NCBI GenBank assembly: GCA_950097015.1
Contig: CATNEN010000024.1
Span: 2,542,001-2,606,000, forward strand
DNA: 64,000 nucleotides
Reading direction: 5' to 3'
From: Macrostomum hystrix
Lineage: Eukaryota > Animalia > Platyhelminthes
Part shown: positions 25,901 through 38,175 of the stretch, in pieces
Numbering within the stretch: position 1 is the first letter of the stretch
Layout: each line of letters begins with the position of its first letter
Position numbers and translations under genes: made by a program
Notes under the pieces: model-generated
Databases searched by the model: none
What the model was told of the DNA's origin: nothing
What the model saw: only the letters and a program-made list of their open reading frames with translations

Positions 25901-26688
25901 ACTCAAATGACAAAAATTTACCCCTGATTTGAGCAGTTTTCCCACCAGTTGGAATCAGCTGAAAATTATCTGAACTGCAAAAGTAAATATTAAGTAAAAA
26001 ATGACACGAAATTTCGGCTGAAAGCAGCAAAAACAGTCCGGTTTAGTACCGGAAAAATGTATTCTGAATTTCCTTCGTCAGAACTACCATCTCCTACCCG
26101 CCACCCCCTGTCCAGGATCACATGCAAAGGTTCGTAGATCATGCGGAACTTCAACCTCACGTCCCGAATATATTTGACTGCAATTTTTTCTTTCAAATTA
26201 TATTCATCCGGATAGCTTATGCCAAAATATTATTCGCGTTTCCCCTCCCGGATTGCCGGTGGAAGAAACAATTCCCCCTCCACACCAGCCATCAGATTTC
26301 TTCACTCCAAGACTGCAACACTCGATTCCCTAATAACGCAGCTAAGGTTGCTATGGAGGCTAAAATATCCCTATCTCTCTACGCATGCACTTCAGATATC
26401 TTGGTATCTCTACAAACTGGTGGGCACTGGCTGGTAACTTGTTCACATTATCGATAATTTTCGATAAGTTCAGTTAAATATTATCCTCTATAATTTTCTA
26501 TGAAGTATTGAATAATTAATCAACATTAATAACTAGACAGTTCTCTAATTACTTAGATAACTTTAGGAATGCAACACTATTAAAAATACTCTTCCCAAAC
26601 ATACTACTATGATGAGTAGATTGTTAAGAATATTATATTTAGCTTCTATAATAACGCCAAAATTGCAGACTCGCTGATCAAGTAGGCA

Positions 26689-27885
26689 ATGAATAATTGC
26701 ACAGCGAAGGAGACGGACCCGCTAGAGGTGGCCCTGCTGGTGGTGACGCCAATACTGGTCGTACTGGGAGTGGCTGCTAACTCAATCAACATTGTCGTAC
26801 TGACCAGAAAATGGATGGCCTCGTCAACTAATAACTACCTGACCGCATTGGCCATCACAGATCTGGCTTACCTGACAGTGTTCTACATCATCACTGTCAA
26901 GTTTTATCCCGGCGTGCTTCGCAATGCCTGGTTCGCTCACGCTCTCAGCTACCTGTTTCCCCTGGCTAATCTGCTTAGCAACTATGCCACCTGGTTAACC
27001 TGCATGTTCACATTTGAGCGCTGGCTGGTGATCTACAAGCCGATGTTCGGCCGCAAGCACTGCACACGGCGCCGCGCCAAGCACATGATGACCGGCCTGC
27101 TGCTCGCCACTTGCCTGTTCACGTCTCCGAACTTCTTCGAGTACAGGGCCGTCTCCAAGGTGTTGCACTGCGACAATGCCACTTGGACTGTGTACAGTCT
27201 GGGCCAGACTGAAGCCTACAGTGTAATCAAGCGTCTGGGCTATTATCATCTGTTTGCCAGCATCTTCGTGTTCTGTCCGCTAATCTTTCTGGTGGTGTTC
27301 AACGGCCTGCTGATCCGCAGTGTCATCGTGGCCCGTCGCAAGCGGGACGCCCTGGGCAGTGGCGGCAACGACGCCAACTCCTGCTCCAACAATCTGACTA
27401 ACAAGCGGTCCGCCGCGGAGCAGCAGAAGGTGACGACTATGCTCATTGCCGTCGTGCTAGTCTTCTGCCTTTGCCAGCTGCCGTCAGCCGTCATGACGTT
27501 GAAGAAGGCGATGCAAAGAGCCGACGATCGCAAGAAGGGTCGCAGAGCCGCGGAGAGAGTCGTTAGCGCCCTGGTCAACATCCTGTTGCTGGCCAATGCG
27601 GCCTGTAACTTTGTCCTCTACTCTTGCTTCTCGACTAGATTTCGCAACACCTTCCGCCAGGTGTTCCTAGGATGCGGCAGGCGTCAGAACTCGGCCAGGC
27701 GTAGCGGCGGCTGCGGCGGCGGCGTCGGTGGCGGTGTCTGTCGCGGCGGCGTCGGCGCTGCAGGCGAGGAACTGCTGCAAATAAAGTCGACGGTTGGGGT
27801 TGATCCGGGAACCGAAGATCGCGAGTTCGATTCTCGTCGAATTGGGCGTGAGCGAAAGGAAGCGTCCGCAGAGGAATTCGACTGA
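26689..27885 (+). CDS. Class A peptide GPCR, FMRFamide-receptor-like (398 aa, single coding exon)
   Basis: Seven hydrophobic segments. N-terminal NCT glycosylation site, TM1-2 GVAANSINIVVL...YLTALAITDL, ERW in place of DRY, TM6 VFCLCQLP, TM7 NFVLY followed by FRNTF helix 8. Confidence 0.92.
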   Translation: MNNCTAKETDPLEVALLVVTPILVVLGVAANSINIVVLTRKWMASSTNNYLTALAITDLAYLTVFYIITVKFYPGVLRNAWFAHALSYLFPLANLLSNYATWLTCMFTFERWLVIYKPMFGRKHCTRRRAKHMMTGLLLATCLFTSPNFFEYRAVSKVLHCDNATWTVYSLGQTEAYSVIKRLGYYHLFASIFVFCPLIFLVVFNGLLIRSVIVARRKRDALGSGGNDANSCSNNLTNKRSAAEQQKVTTMLIAVVLVFCLCQLPSAVMTLKKAMQRADDRKKGRRAAERVVSALVNILLLANAACNFVLYSCFSTRFRNTFRQVFLGCGRRQNSARRSGGCGGGVGGGVCRGGVGAAGEELLQIKSTVGVDPGTEDREFDSRRIGRERKEASAEEFD

Positions 27886-28304
27886 CGAATTCTGGAGTTA
27901 AATTGCACTGACACTTATGACATTCTATATTGTTCAATTGAAGGTAGCCGTTTCCATAGTAGATATTGCTTTGCGCAAATTTTAACTTTTAATGCTATTT
28001 TAACTAGATGTTTTTGCACTTGGCCCGCGTTAAACAAAGATTATCTCATAAAATGAGTGAATAAGTTTTGAAAAATAGGAGCTTTTATGGATAGTCACTT
28101 AGATAATAAAGCACTCTATATGCACACTGCGCTTGTAGATGCATGACAATGTTTCATTTCGAAGTAAATACGATTGCCGGAATTGACATTCAACGGCGTA
28201 CTCAAACGATTTTTTTTTCACTTTTTCATGTGCACAGTTTTACAAAAATTGCAAATCCTTTTCTTTGAGATGCATTAGAAATTTGGAAGACCATTGTTCA
28301 CAGT

Positions 28305-28832
28305 TCTTCAGTGAACTAAAGCAAGACTGCAGATGGTTCTATAGAAGACAAGACCAATGTTGACAGAACTTCAGTGGACTAAAGCAAGACTGCAGATGGT
28401 TCTACAGAAGACAAGACCAAGGCTGACAGATCTTCAGTGGACTAAAGCAAGACTGCAGATGGTTCTACAGAAGACAAGACCAAGGCTGACAGATCTTCAG
28501 TGGACTAAAGCAAGACTGCAGATGGTTCTACAGAAGACAAGACCAAGGCTGACAGATCTTCAGTGGACTAAAGTAAAACTGCAGATGGTTCTACAGAAGA
28601 CAAGACCAAGGCTGACAGATCTTCAGTGGACTAAAGCAAAACTGCAGATGGTTCTACAGAAGACAAGACCAAGGCTGACAGATCTTCAGTGGACTAAAGC
28701 AAAACTGCAGATGGTTCTACAGAAGACAAGACCAAGGCTGACAGATCTTCAGTGGACTAAAGCAAAACTGCAGATGGTTCTACAGAAGACAAGACCAAGG
28801 CTGACAGATCTTCAGTGGACTAAAGCAAAACT
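28305..28832. repeat. 63-bp minisatellite (CTTCAGTGGACTAAAGCAA...GCTGACAGAT)
   Basis: About 8 units. Confidence 0.95.
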
Positions 28833-29208
28833 GACGAAAACTGATTGTAGAACCAAAAGCAAGACTGCATAAAGTTTAATAGTCGGCGCACTTTGCAATC
28901 AGTTCGCAAGAAGCTAAATTCTGTGCAGAATTTTATCTACGAGTACTAAGTCAGACGAAATGTTTTACGTTACAATTTAATCATGTTAGCTTTTCTTTCG
29001 AAAGCGAAAATAATTAATTGAAACGAATTTTAAAGCAGTAGAAAGACAGCAGTGACCTCCTTTTAGTCGCTGACTTGTAAGTGCTGGTTCGAGAATACTT
29101 TTTGAATATTCTCTTTTTTGATCAGCTTGAAGCTCGATAATTTTTAGTAGAGCTTCATCTCTATAACTAAAAGCCACTAAAGTACTAAGCAATGTTCCCA
29201 AAGTGTGG

Positions 29209-29275
29209 AGTCAGGAATCAAACCCCCGACCTTCAAGTCATCAGTCCGACGCTTTAATCACAAGGCTACAACCTC
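29209..29275 (-). mobile_element. tRNA-like head of a second SINE-like family
   Basis: About 80% identical by eye to 61353-61418. Degenerate A and B boxes, no acceptor-stem pairing. Confidence 0.6.
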
Positions 29276-29279
29276 AATT

Positions 29280-31635
29280 AAGGGTGTGAAGCAGTTTCAG
29301 CAGACAATTGAGGGTGTGAAGCAGTTTCAGAAGACAATTGAGGATGTGAAGCAGTTTCAGCAGACAACTGAGGGTGTGAAGCTGTTTCAGCAGACAGTTG
29401 AGGGTGTGAAGCTGTTTCAGAAGACAGTTGAGGGTGTGAAGCAGTTTCAGAAGACATTTGAGGATTTGAAGCAGTTTCAGCAGACAACTGAGGGTGTGAA
29501 GCTGTTTCAGAAGACAGTTGAGGGTGTGAAGCAGTTTCAGAAGACATTTGAGGATTTGAAGCAGTTTCAGCAGACAATTGAGGGTGTGAAGCTGTTTCAG
29601 AAGACAATTGAGGATGTGAAGCAGTTTCAGCAGACAACTGAGGGTGTGAAGCAGTTTCAGAAGACAATTGAGGATGTGAAGCTGTTTCAGCAGACAACTG
29701 AGGGTGTGAAGCAGTTTCAGAAGACATTTGAGGATTTGAAGCAGTTTCAGCAGACAATTGAGGGTGTGAAGCTGTTTCAGAAGACAATTGAGGATGTGAA
29801 GCAGTTTCAGCAGACAACTGAGGGTGTGAAGCAGTTTCAGAAGACAATTGAGGATGTGAAGCTGTTTCAGCAGACAACTGAGGGTGTGAAGCTGTTTCAG
29901 AAGACAATTGAGGATGTGAAGCTGTTTCAGCAGACAACTGAGGGTGTGAAGCAGTTTCAGCAGACAACTGAGGGTGTGAAGCAGTTTCAGCAGACAACTG
30001 AGGGTGTGAAGCAGTTTCAGCAGACAACTGAGGGTGTGAAGCAGTTTCAGAAGACAACTGAGGGTGTGAAGCAGTTTCAGCAGACAACTGAGGGTGTGAA
30101 GCTGTTTCAGCAGACAACTGAGGGTGTGAAGCAGTTTCAGCAGACAACTGAGGGTGTGAAGCTGTTTCAGAAGACAGTTGAGGGTGTGAAGCAGTTTCAG
30201 AAGACATTTGAGGATTTGAAGCAGTTTCAGCAGACAATTGAGGGTGTGAAGCTGTTTCAGAAGACAATTGAGGATGTGAAGCAGTTTCAGCAGACAACTG
30301 AGGGTGTGAAGCAGTTTCAGAAGACAATTGAGGATGTGAAGCTGTTTCAGCAGACAACTGAGGGTGTGAAGCTGTTTCAGAAGACAATTGAGGATGTGAA
30401 GCTGTTTCAGCAGACAATTGAGGGTGTGAAGCAGTTTCAGCAGACAACTGAGAGTGTGAAGCAGTTTCAGCAGACAACTGAGGGTGTGAAGCTGTTTCAG
30501 AAGACAGTTGAGTGTGTGAAGCAGTTTCAGAAGACAACTGAGGGTGTGAAGCTGTTTCAGCAGACAGTTGAGGGTGTGAAGCAGTTTCAGCAGACAACTG
30601 AGGGTGTGAAGCATTTTCAGAAGACAACTGAGGGTGTGAAGCAGTTTCAGCAGACAACTGAGGGTGTGAAGCTGTTTCAGAAGACAGTTGAGGGTGTGAA
30701 GCAGTTTCAGAAGACATTTGAGGATTTGAAGCAGTTTCAGCAGACAATTGAGGGTGTGAAGCAGTTTCAGCAGACAATTAAGGGTGTGAAGCAGTTTCAG
30801 AAGACAATTGAGGGTGTGAAGCAGTTTCAGCAGACAATTGAGGGTGTGAAGCAGTTTCAGCAGACAATTAAGGGTGTGAAGCAGTTTCAGAAGACAATTG
30901 AGGGTGTGAAGCAGTTTCAGCAGACAATTGAGGGTGTGAAGCAGTCTCAGCAGACAATTGAGGGTGTGAAGCAGTTTCAGAAGACAAATGAGGGTGTGAA
31001 GCAGTTTCAGCAGACAATTAAGGGTGTGAAGCAGTTTCAGCAGACAACTGAGGGTGTGAAGCAGTTTCAGCAGACAACTGAGGGTGTGAAGCAGTTTCAG
31101 AAGACAATTGAGGATGTGAAGCAGTTTCAGAAGACAACTGAGGGTGTGAAGCAGTTTCAGCAGACAACTGAGGGTGTGAAGCAGTTTCAGCAGACAACTT
31201 AGGGTGTGAAGCAGTTTCAGAAGACAATTGAGGATGTGAAGCAGTTTCAGAAGACAATTGAGGATGTGAAGCAGTTTCAGAAGACAACTGAGGGTGTGAA
31301 GCAGTTTCAGCAGACAACTGAGGGTGTGAAGCAGTTTCAGCAGACAACTTAGGGTGTGAAGCAGTTTCAGAAGACAATTGAGGGTGTGAAGCAGTTTCAG
31401 CAGACAATTGAGGATGTGAAGCAGTTTCAGCAGACAATTGAGGATGTGAAGCAGTTTCAGAAGACAATTGAGGGTGTGAAGCAGTTTCAGAAGACAATTG
31501 AGGATGTGAAGCAGTTTCAGAAGACAATTTAGGATGTGAAGCAGTTTCAGCAGACAATTGAGGATGTGAACCAGTTTCAGAAGACAATAGAGGATGTGAA
31601 GCAGTTTCAGCAGACAATTGAAGGTGTGAAGCACT
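29280..31635. repeat. 30-bp minisatellite AGG(G/A)TGTGAAGCAGTTTCAG(C/A)AGACAA(C/T)TG
   Basis: About 78 units with higher-order blocks. Confidence 0.97.
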
Positions 31636-31995
31636 TTAAGCAGCATGGCAACAACTTGCAGAACCTAATATTAGAAATAACGGGCGAATGGGAAGAGAAC
31701 CGCTGGGAACTTTAGTGGAAGTCAGCAGTTCAGGCAGAGTGCATTAAAGCTGGGAAACTGTTCCCATTTATTAAGTGTGCATGTGTGTTGGTAACAATGG
31801 ACGCTGGCTTGGAAGCTGGCTGGGAGAAATGAGCCGCCTGTAATAGAAAATGAGAGAGAAATGGAAATACTAATATACGCGATGGCAGAGCTTTAAAAGC
31901 ACTTATAAAGAGAGAAGCACAGAGAAGCTTGGTGTTAAGCTTTAACAGCGCTGCCGCTTGCTGACTACGGGATAACAACTGCAGCCGCGTGTCAC

Positions 31996-33183
31996 ATGCC
32001 AAACTCTGCGCCCCGCCTATTCTTCTGTCCACCCCTGCACCGGTGGAGACAGAAGCAGGCCGCGTGCCGCTTGCTGATCTGCTTCGCAGCCGGTGGCCTG
32101 TGCACCCTGGCTTTTCTCCGCCTGACTCAATCGGTAACAAAGGAGGGCAACTCCCCATCGGCTAGCGTGCCAGCGCCGCTAGAAGCCGCCGTTGGCTTCT
32201 CGGAGCTGCTTGCCGAAGCCAGGCAGTCGGCTGATGAGTCCTTGTACAGATTCGACCGGCCGGGTCGCCTGCTGCCGCTGATGCAGGTCGGCCGGTGGGA
32301 GCCTGCGGAGCTGCGACCTGATTGGCGGGCGAGGGTCGCACGCGATTGGCTAGCCAGCCAGCGGCTGCTGGTGGCCGCCACAATTCGCGACGGCGTCCGC
32401 GGCCTGCCGTCGAGTTTAGCCAATCTGCGCCGGCTAAGATCGCTGTTCAACGATTCGAGACTGTTGATTGTTGAGAACGACTCGCAGGACGGGACGCGCG
32501 CCTACCTGACGGCCGAGGCCCAGCGAGATCCCGGCCTGCGACTGTTGGGCTGTCCCGCCAATCAGGCAGGCCGGCAGTGCCGCCTTGACATTCGGTACGC
32601 CAGCGGCCGCGCGCACCTACCAGGCTCGGCTAGCATGAACCGCAGCGTGGCCGAGGAGATCGACCGCGGCCTGGTGATGTCCGCTCTGCGCAACATCTAC
32701 CTGGAGCACGCCTACAGGCACTTCGCCGGCTGGGCGGACCTGCTGCTGGTGCTGGATCCCGATGTCAGTTGGGCTCGCTGGAGGCTGGACAGGGTGGCCC
32801 AGGGGCTTTACTACTTCAAGACCCGGCCGCGGCTGCAGCAGCTGTGTGCAAACACCGTCGACATACCCAGCTCGCGCCTGTTCGATCCGTGCACTCTGAC
32901 CTTCTTTCTGAATAAGCACTTTGGAGAGGACGCGAACTACCCGGTTGTGGACTATTACACTTCCATCATGCGCGGCCCAGCCGACCTGCCGCCAGTGAAA
33001 GTCGACAGCTGCTTTCAGGCGTTCGCATTTTATCGATTCGGCGATCTCGAACGAAATCGGCTGCGCTATAAGCGCAGTCCGGGCGAGTGGCTGTGCGAGC
33101 ACAACAGCTTGTCTAGGCAGCTGCAGGAGGTCTACCTTGACCCGCAGATGAGGCTGGGTGTGCGAGCCGCCTATGTGGGATAA
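31996..33183 (+). CDS. Type II membrane GT-A fold glycosyltransferase, CMT1/CAP59-like (GT69-like) (395 aa, intronless)
   Basis: Short N-terminal tail plus one TM helix (LLICFAAGGLCTLAFL). Motifs LLVAATIRD, IVENDSQDGT, MSALRN, LLVLDPD (DxD), VKVDSCF..FAFYR and CEH. Confidence 0.75.
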   Translation: MPNSAPRLFFCPPLHRWRQKQAACRLLICFAAGGLCTLAFLRLTQSVTKEGNSPSASVPAPLEAAVGFSELLAEARQSADESLYRFDRPGRLLPLMQVGRWEPAELRPDWRARVARDWLASQRLLVAATIRDGVRGLPSSLANLRRLRSLFNDSRLLIVENDSQDGTRAYLTAEAQRDPGLRLLGCPANQAGRQCRLDIRYASGRAHLPGSASMNRSVAEEIDRGLVMSALRNIYLEHAYRHFAGWADLLLVLDPDVSWARWRLDRVAQGLYYFKTRPRLQQLCANTVDIPSSRLFDPCTLTFFLNKHFGEDANYPVVDYYTSIMRGPADLPPVKVDSCFQAFAFYRFGDLERNRLRYKRSPGEWLCEHNSLSRQLQEVYLDPQMRLGVRAAYVG

Positions 33184-33227
33184 ATGTCCCAATGGATCTC
33201 CTGGTCACTTAATCGACTTTGCAGTGC

Positions 33228-33525
33228 ATCTGACTGACCCACAAACTGACTGACCACAAACTGTCTGACTGACCCACAAACTGTCTGACTGACCCACAAA
33301 CTGACTGACCCACAAACTGTCTGACTGACCCACAAACTGACTGAGCCAGAAACTGACTGACACACAAACTGACTGACACACAAACTGACTGACCCACAAA
33401 CTTACTGACCTACATACTGACTGACCCACAAACTGACTGAGCCAGAAACTGACTGACACACAAACTGACTGACCCACAATCTGACTGACCCACAAACTGA
33501 CTGACCCACAAACTGACTGACTGCA
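33228..33525. repeat. 16/20-bp repeat ACTGACTGACCCACAA
   Basis: Starts about 45 nt after the glycosyltransferase stop codon. Confidence 0.9.
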
Positions 33526-33764
33526 TAAAACTGCATGTGAAAAGTAATAAAAGGTATTTTAAATAGTCTTGAAATCCAATTATAACGGTAAGTAAAGGTA
33601 AATCGGTAAATCGTTTATAAACCAATTATAAAGGTAAATCGTTGGAATAATCGACCGTCATAACATTTAGGTGCTTTTTTGCATCCTAAATTTCGTTTTT
33701 TTTCGTTTTACTAATGAACTCAACCATTGTTGGTCCCGATTTCCAAAAATTTCTAAAAATTCGA

Positions 33765-34785
33765 TTCCTAAACATTCTAGCTGCGATTCCTAAACATTCT
33801 AGCTGCGATTCCTAAACATTCTAGCTCCGATTCCTAAACATTCTAGCTGCGATTCCTTAACATTCTAGCTGCGATTCCTTACAATTCTAGCTGCGATTCC
33901 TTACAATTCTAGCTGCGATTCCCAAACATTTTAGCTGCGATTCCCAAACATTCTAGCTGCGATTCCTTAAAATTTTAGCTGCGATTCCCAAACATTCTAG
34001 CTGCGATTCCTTAAAATTCTAGCTGCGATTCCTTAAAATTCTAGCTGCGATTCCTTGAAATTCTAGCTGCGATTCCAAAACATTTTAGCTGCGATTCCCA
34101 AACATTTTAGCTGCGATTCCCCCACATTCTTGCTACGATTCCCAAACATTCTAGCTGCGATTCCCTAAAATTATAGCTGCGACTCCCTAACATTTAGTAG
34201 CTATTCCTTACAATTCTAGCTGCGATTCCCAAACATTTTAGCTGCGATTCCCAAACATTGTAGCTGCGATTCCTTAAAATTCTAGCTGCGATTCCTTAAA
34301 ATTCTAGCTGCAATTCCTTAAAATTCTAGCTGCGATTCCAAAACATTCTAGCTGCGATTCCCAAACATTTTAGCTGCGATTCCCAAACATTCTAGCTGCG
34401 ATTCCCCCACATTCTTGCTACGATTCCCAAACATTCTAGCTGCGATTCCCTAAAATTATAGCTGCGACTCCCTAACATTTTAGCAGCGATTCCCAACTAT
34501 TCTAGCTGCGATTCCTAAACATTCTAGCTGCGATTCCTAAACATTCTAGCTCCGATTCCTAAACATTCTAGCTGCGATTCCTTAAAATTCTAGCTGCGAT
34601 TCCTTAAAATTCTAGCTGCGATTCCAAAACATTCTAGCTGCGATTCCCAAACATTCTAGCTGCGATTCCCCCACATTCTTGCTACGATTCCCAAACATTC
34701 TAGCTGCGATTCCCTAAAATTATAGCTGCGACTCCCTAACATTTTAGCAGCGATTCCCAACTATTCTAGCTGCGATTCCTAAACA
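33765..34785. repeat. 22-bp minisatellite ATTCTAGCTGCGATTCCTAAAC
   Basis: About 46 units; a variant block recurs three times. Confidence 0.95.
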
Positions 34786-35237
34786 CTATTAGAAAGTGCT
34801 GACTGAAATTTTGAACACCTGCCATCGCATGCGTTTAGTTAGCTTCCTTAGCTGAGAGAATATTTGCTCTGAGCCTAGGGATAACTGCACGCGTTTTCGA
34901 ACTATTGAAAAGCGCCCAGCCTCAAAAAGTGCTCGCTTCATCAGTCAAAGCGGGCAGATAATGGACCGGCACCCATGCTCTCGGGGTCAGGTTGCAGTCA
35001 CGTGACTAGAGCAGAATGACTGTCGCAGATTGCGCTTTATTTGGAATTCCGCTTGTTCCTTCGGATTCGCTTTGTCGTCTGTTGAATTTTGTCCTTGCTT
35101 TCAAAGAATATGAGAACTGAGCAAGCTTTTGTCTCTGAACTCTCCCTGCTTTGCTGCCGGCGGGTCAACCTTTGCCGCAGTTCTGGCTGAAAGCAGTTCC
35201 GTCCGACTCAAAGCAGTCTGACGGAAAACATCTTATT

Positions 35238-36497
35238 TGCTTGATAAACTCATAAAATAAATATCCTGTTCTAAGATCCTGATCCCAGATCCGTTTCCCA
35301 GATCCCAGATCCCAGATCCTTGATCCTAGATCCCAGATCCCAGATCCTTGATCCCAGATCCTTGATCCCAGATCCTTGATCCCAGATCCTTGATCCCAGA
35401 TCCTTGATCCCAGATCCTTGATCCCAGATCCTTGATCCCAGATCCTTGATCCCAGATCCTTGATCCCAGATCCTTGATCCCAGATCCTTGATCCCAGATC
35501 CTTGATCCCAGATCCTTGATCCCAGATCCTTGATCCCAGATCCTTGATCCCAGATCCTTGATCCCAGATCCTTGATCCCAGATCCTTGATCCCAGATCCT
35601 TGATCCCAGATCCTTGATCCCAGATCCTTGATCCCAGATCCTTGATCCCAGATCCTTGATCCCAGATCCTTGATCCCAGATCCTTGATCCCAGATCCTTG
35701 ATCCCAGATCCTTGATCCCAGATCCTTGATCCCAGATCCTTGATCCCAGATCCTTGATCCCAGATCCTTGATCCCAGATCCTTGATCCCAGATCCTTGAT
35801 CCCAGATCCTTGATCCCAGATCCTTGATCCCAGATCCTTGATCCCAGATCCTTGATCCCAGATCCTTGATCCCAGATCCTTGATCTCAGATCCTTGATCC
35901 CAGATCCTTGATCTCAGATCCTTGATCCCAGATCCTTGATCCCAGATCCTTGATCCCAGATCCTTGATCCCAGATCCTTGATCCCAGATCCTTGATCCCA
36001 GATCCTTGATCCCAGATCCTTGATCCCAGATCCTTGATCCCAGATCCTTGATCCCAGATCCTTGATCCCAGATCCTTGATCCCAGATCCTTGATCCCAGA
36101 TCCTTGATCCCAGATCCTTGATCCCAGATCCTTGATCCCAGATCCTTGATCCCAGATCCTTGATCCCAGATCCTTGATCCCAGATCCTTGATCCCAGATC
36201 CTTGATCCCAGATCCTTGATCCCAGATCCTTGATCCCAGATCCTTGATCCCAGATCCTTGATCCCAGATCCTTGATCCCAGATCCTTGATCCCAGATCCT
36301 TGATCCCAGATCCTTGATCCCAGATCCTTGATCCCAGATCCTTGATCCCAGATCCTTGATCCCAGATCCTTGATCCCAGATCCTTGATCCCAGATCCTTG
36401 ATCCCAGATCCTTGATCCCAGATCCTTGATCCCAGATCCTTGATCCCAGATCCTTGATCCCAGATCCTTGATCCCAGATCCTTGATCCCAGATCCTG
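35238..36497. repeat. 14-bp repeat GATCCCAGATCCTT (dimer of the GATCCCA heptamer)
   Basis: About 88 almost identical units. Confidence 0.97.
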
Positions 36498-37149
36498 ATT
36501 GGGATTTTTTCAAAGAAACTTACAAAGCAGACTGAAGAAAGGTTTGGCAACTCATCTGCTACAATTTATCGCGCAGCACATTTTGACTAAATGAAATTAA
36601 AACATTTTTTCCTACAGTCAATGAGAATTTCAAGTAGGAAATTTCGATCTCCCTAGGGTAAATAGTAGCCTCCCAAGTTGCTCAGAAATTTCTATAATAT
36701 TTGCCAGGTAGAATTCTGGTCACGCCCATGCAGAACATTTTTTTGCTGCTTTTGCAGGTTTTCTAGTCACGCCCCGGCCTGATAAGATCGAAATCGCTGC
36801 TGCAATTTGACCCGGGTAAGTCCAGAGACTGCGTGTATCTGAGCTGAGTCTCACCAGTGCTCACGCATTCTATAGTTTCAGTTTATTTGGTCAAGGGCTG
36901 CGGCAAGCGGACAAATATTTGCTGTCGGGAGGAAGCTGCGGATGTCGATGCCTGCGGGTGAGAATAGGGAGTTCTTTTAGTATGCCATTGAATTGCTACA
37001 ATTTTAGAGTGCATTATAAACAAAGTATCTGATTTAACAAAGTCTTCATACCGTAATATCCTTCATAAATTTGCAATTGCATGTTTCTTTAATCAAAATA
37101 TCGAGCCTGACACAATATCAGTCTAGACAAGACTAGCAATCCATTACAT

Positions 37150-37620
37150 CCAACGCAGTCTTTGATTTGATGTCTGCTGGAGTAGATTAGCAATCCATTC
37201 AATTGTCTTTGATTTGATGTCTGCTAGAGTAGATTAGCAATCCATTCAATTGTCTTTGATTTGATGTGTGCTGGAGTAGATTAGCAATCCATTCAATTGT
37301 CTTTGATTTGATGTCTGCTGGAGTAGATTAGCAATCCATTCAATTGTCTTTGATTTGGTGTCTGCTAGAGTAAATTAGCAATCCATTCAATTGTCTTTGA
37401 TTTGATGTCTGCTAGAGTAGATTAGCAATCCATTCAATTGTCTTTGATTTGGTGTCTGCTAGAGTAGATTAGCAATCCATTCAATTGTCTTTGATTTGAT
37501 GTCTGCTGGAGAAGATGAGCAATCCATTCAATTGTCTTTGATTTGATGTCTGCTAGAGTAGATTAGCAATCCATTCAATTGTCTTTGATTTGATGTCTGC
37601 TAGAGTAGATTAGCAATCTA
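37150..37620. repeat. 47-bp minisatellite TGTCTTTGATTTGATGTCTGCTAGAGTAGATTAGCAATCCATTCAAT
   Basis: About 10 units. Confidence 0.95.
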
Positions 37621-37926
37621 TCAGAGAAAGTCTAGTTCTATTGAACCTGCTGGAGCTGGCCTGGCTTTGACTGGCAGAAAACTTTCAGGATTTGCCATAC
37701 AAATGCAAGACACTTCAAATTTATTCATTGGCCTACTAAAATGTTGCCCAGTTCCTTTGTCCTCGCGTTGTAAAATTCTGTCTGGCACTGGAAAGAGAAA
37801 CTTTCACTTCCTCTTTGGTGACTCAGCATTGTCAATTTAGCCTGAGTCTTGCTTTCACGAGAAATTGGGACGTCAGCATTTGCAAATGGTTGATTGACAG
37901 GTCGATCAACTACATTATAAATTTCC

Positions 37927-38175
37927 TGATCCCAGATCCAGATCCAATATCCCAGATCCCAGATCCCAGATCCCAGATCCCAGATCCCAGATCCCAGATC
38001 CCAGATCCCAGATCCCAGATCCCAGATCCCAGATCATAGATCCCAGATCCCAGATCCCAGATCCCAGATCCCAGATCCTGATCCCAGATCCCAGATCCCA
38101 GATCCCAGATCCTGATCCCAGATCCTAGTCCCAGATCCTTGATCCCAGATCCCAGATCCCTGACCCCAGATCCCT
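37927..38175. repeat. (GATCCCA)n heptamer array, left flank of the LINE
   Basis: Direct reading. Confidence 0.95.

Noticed and set aside
29205-31646. 665, 790 and 499-aa ORFs (coiled-coil/LRR-like periodicity)
   Set aside because: 30-bp array read in several frames; variation is not synonymous-biased.
35165-36550. 461-aa GSGIKDLGSRIWDQ repeat ORF
   Set aside because: Artefact of the 14-bp array.
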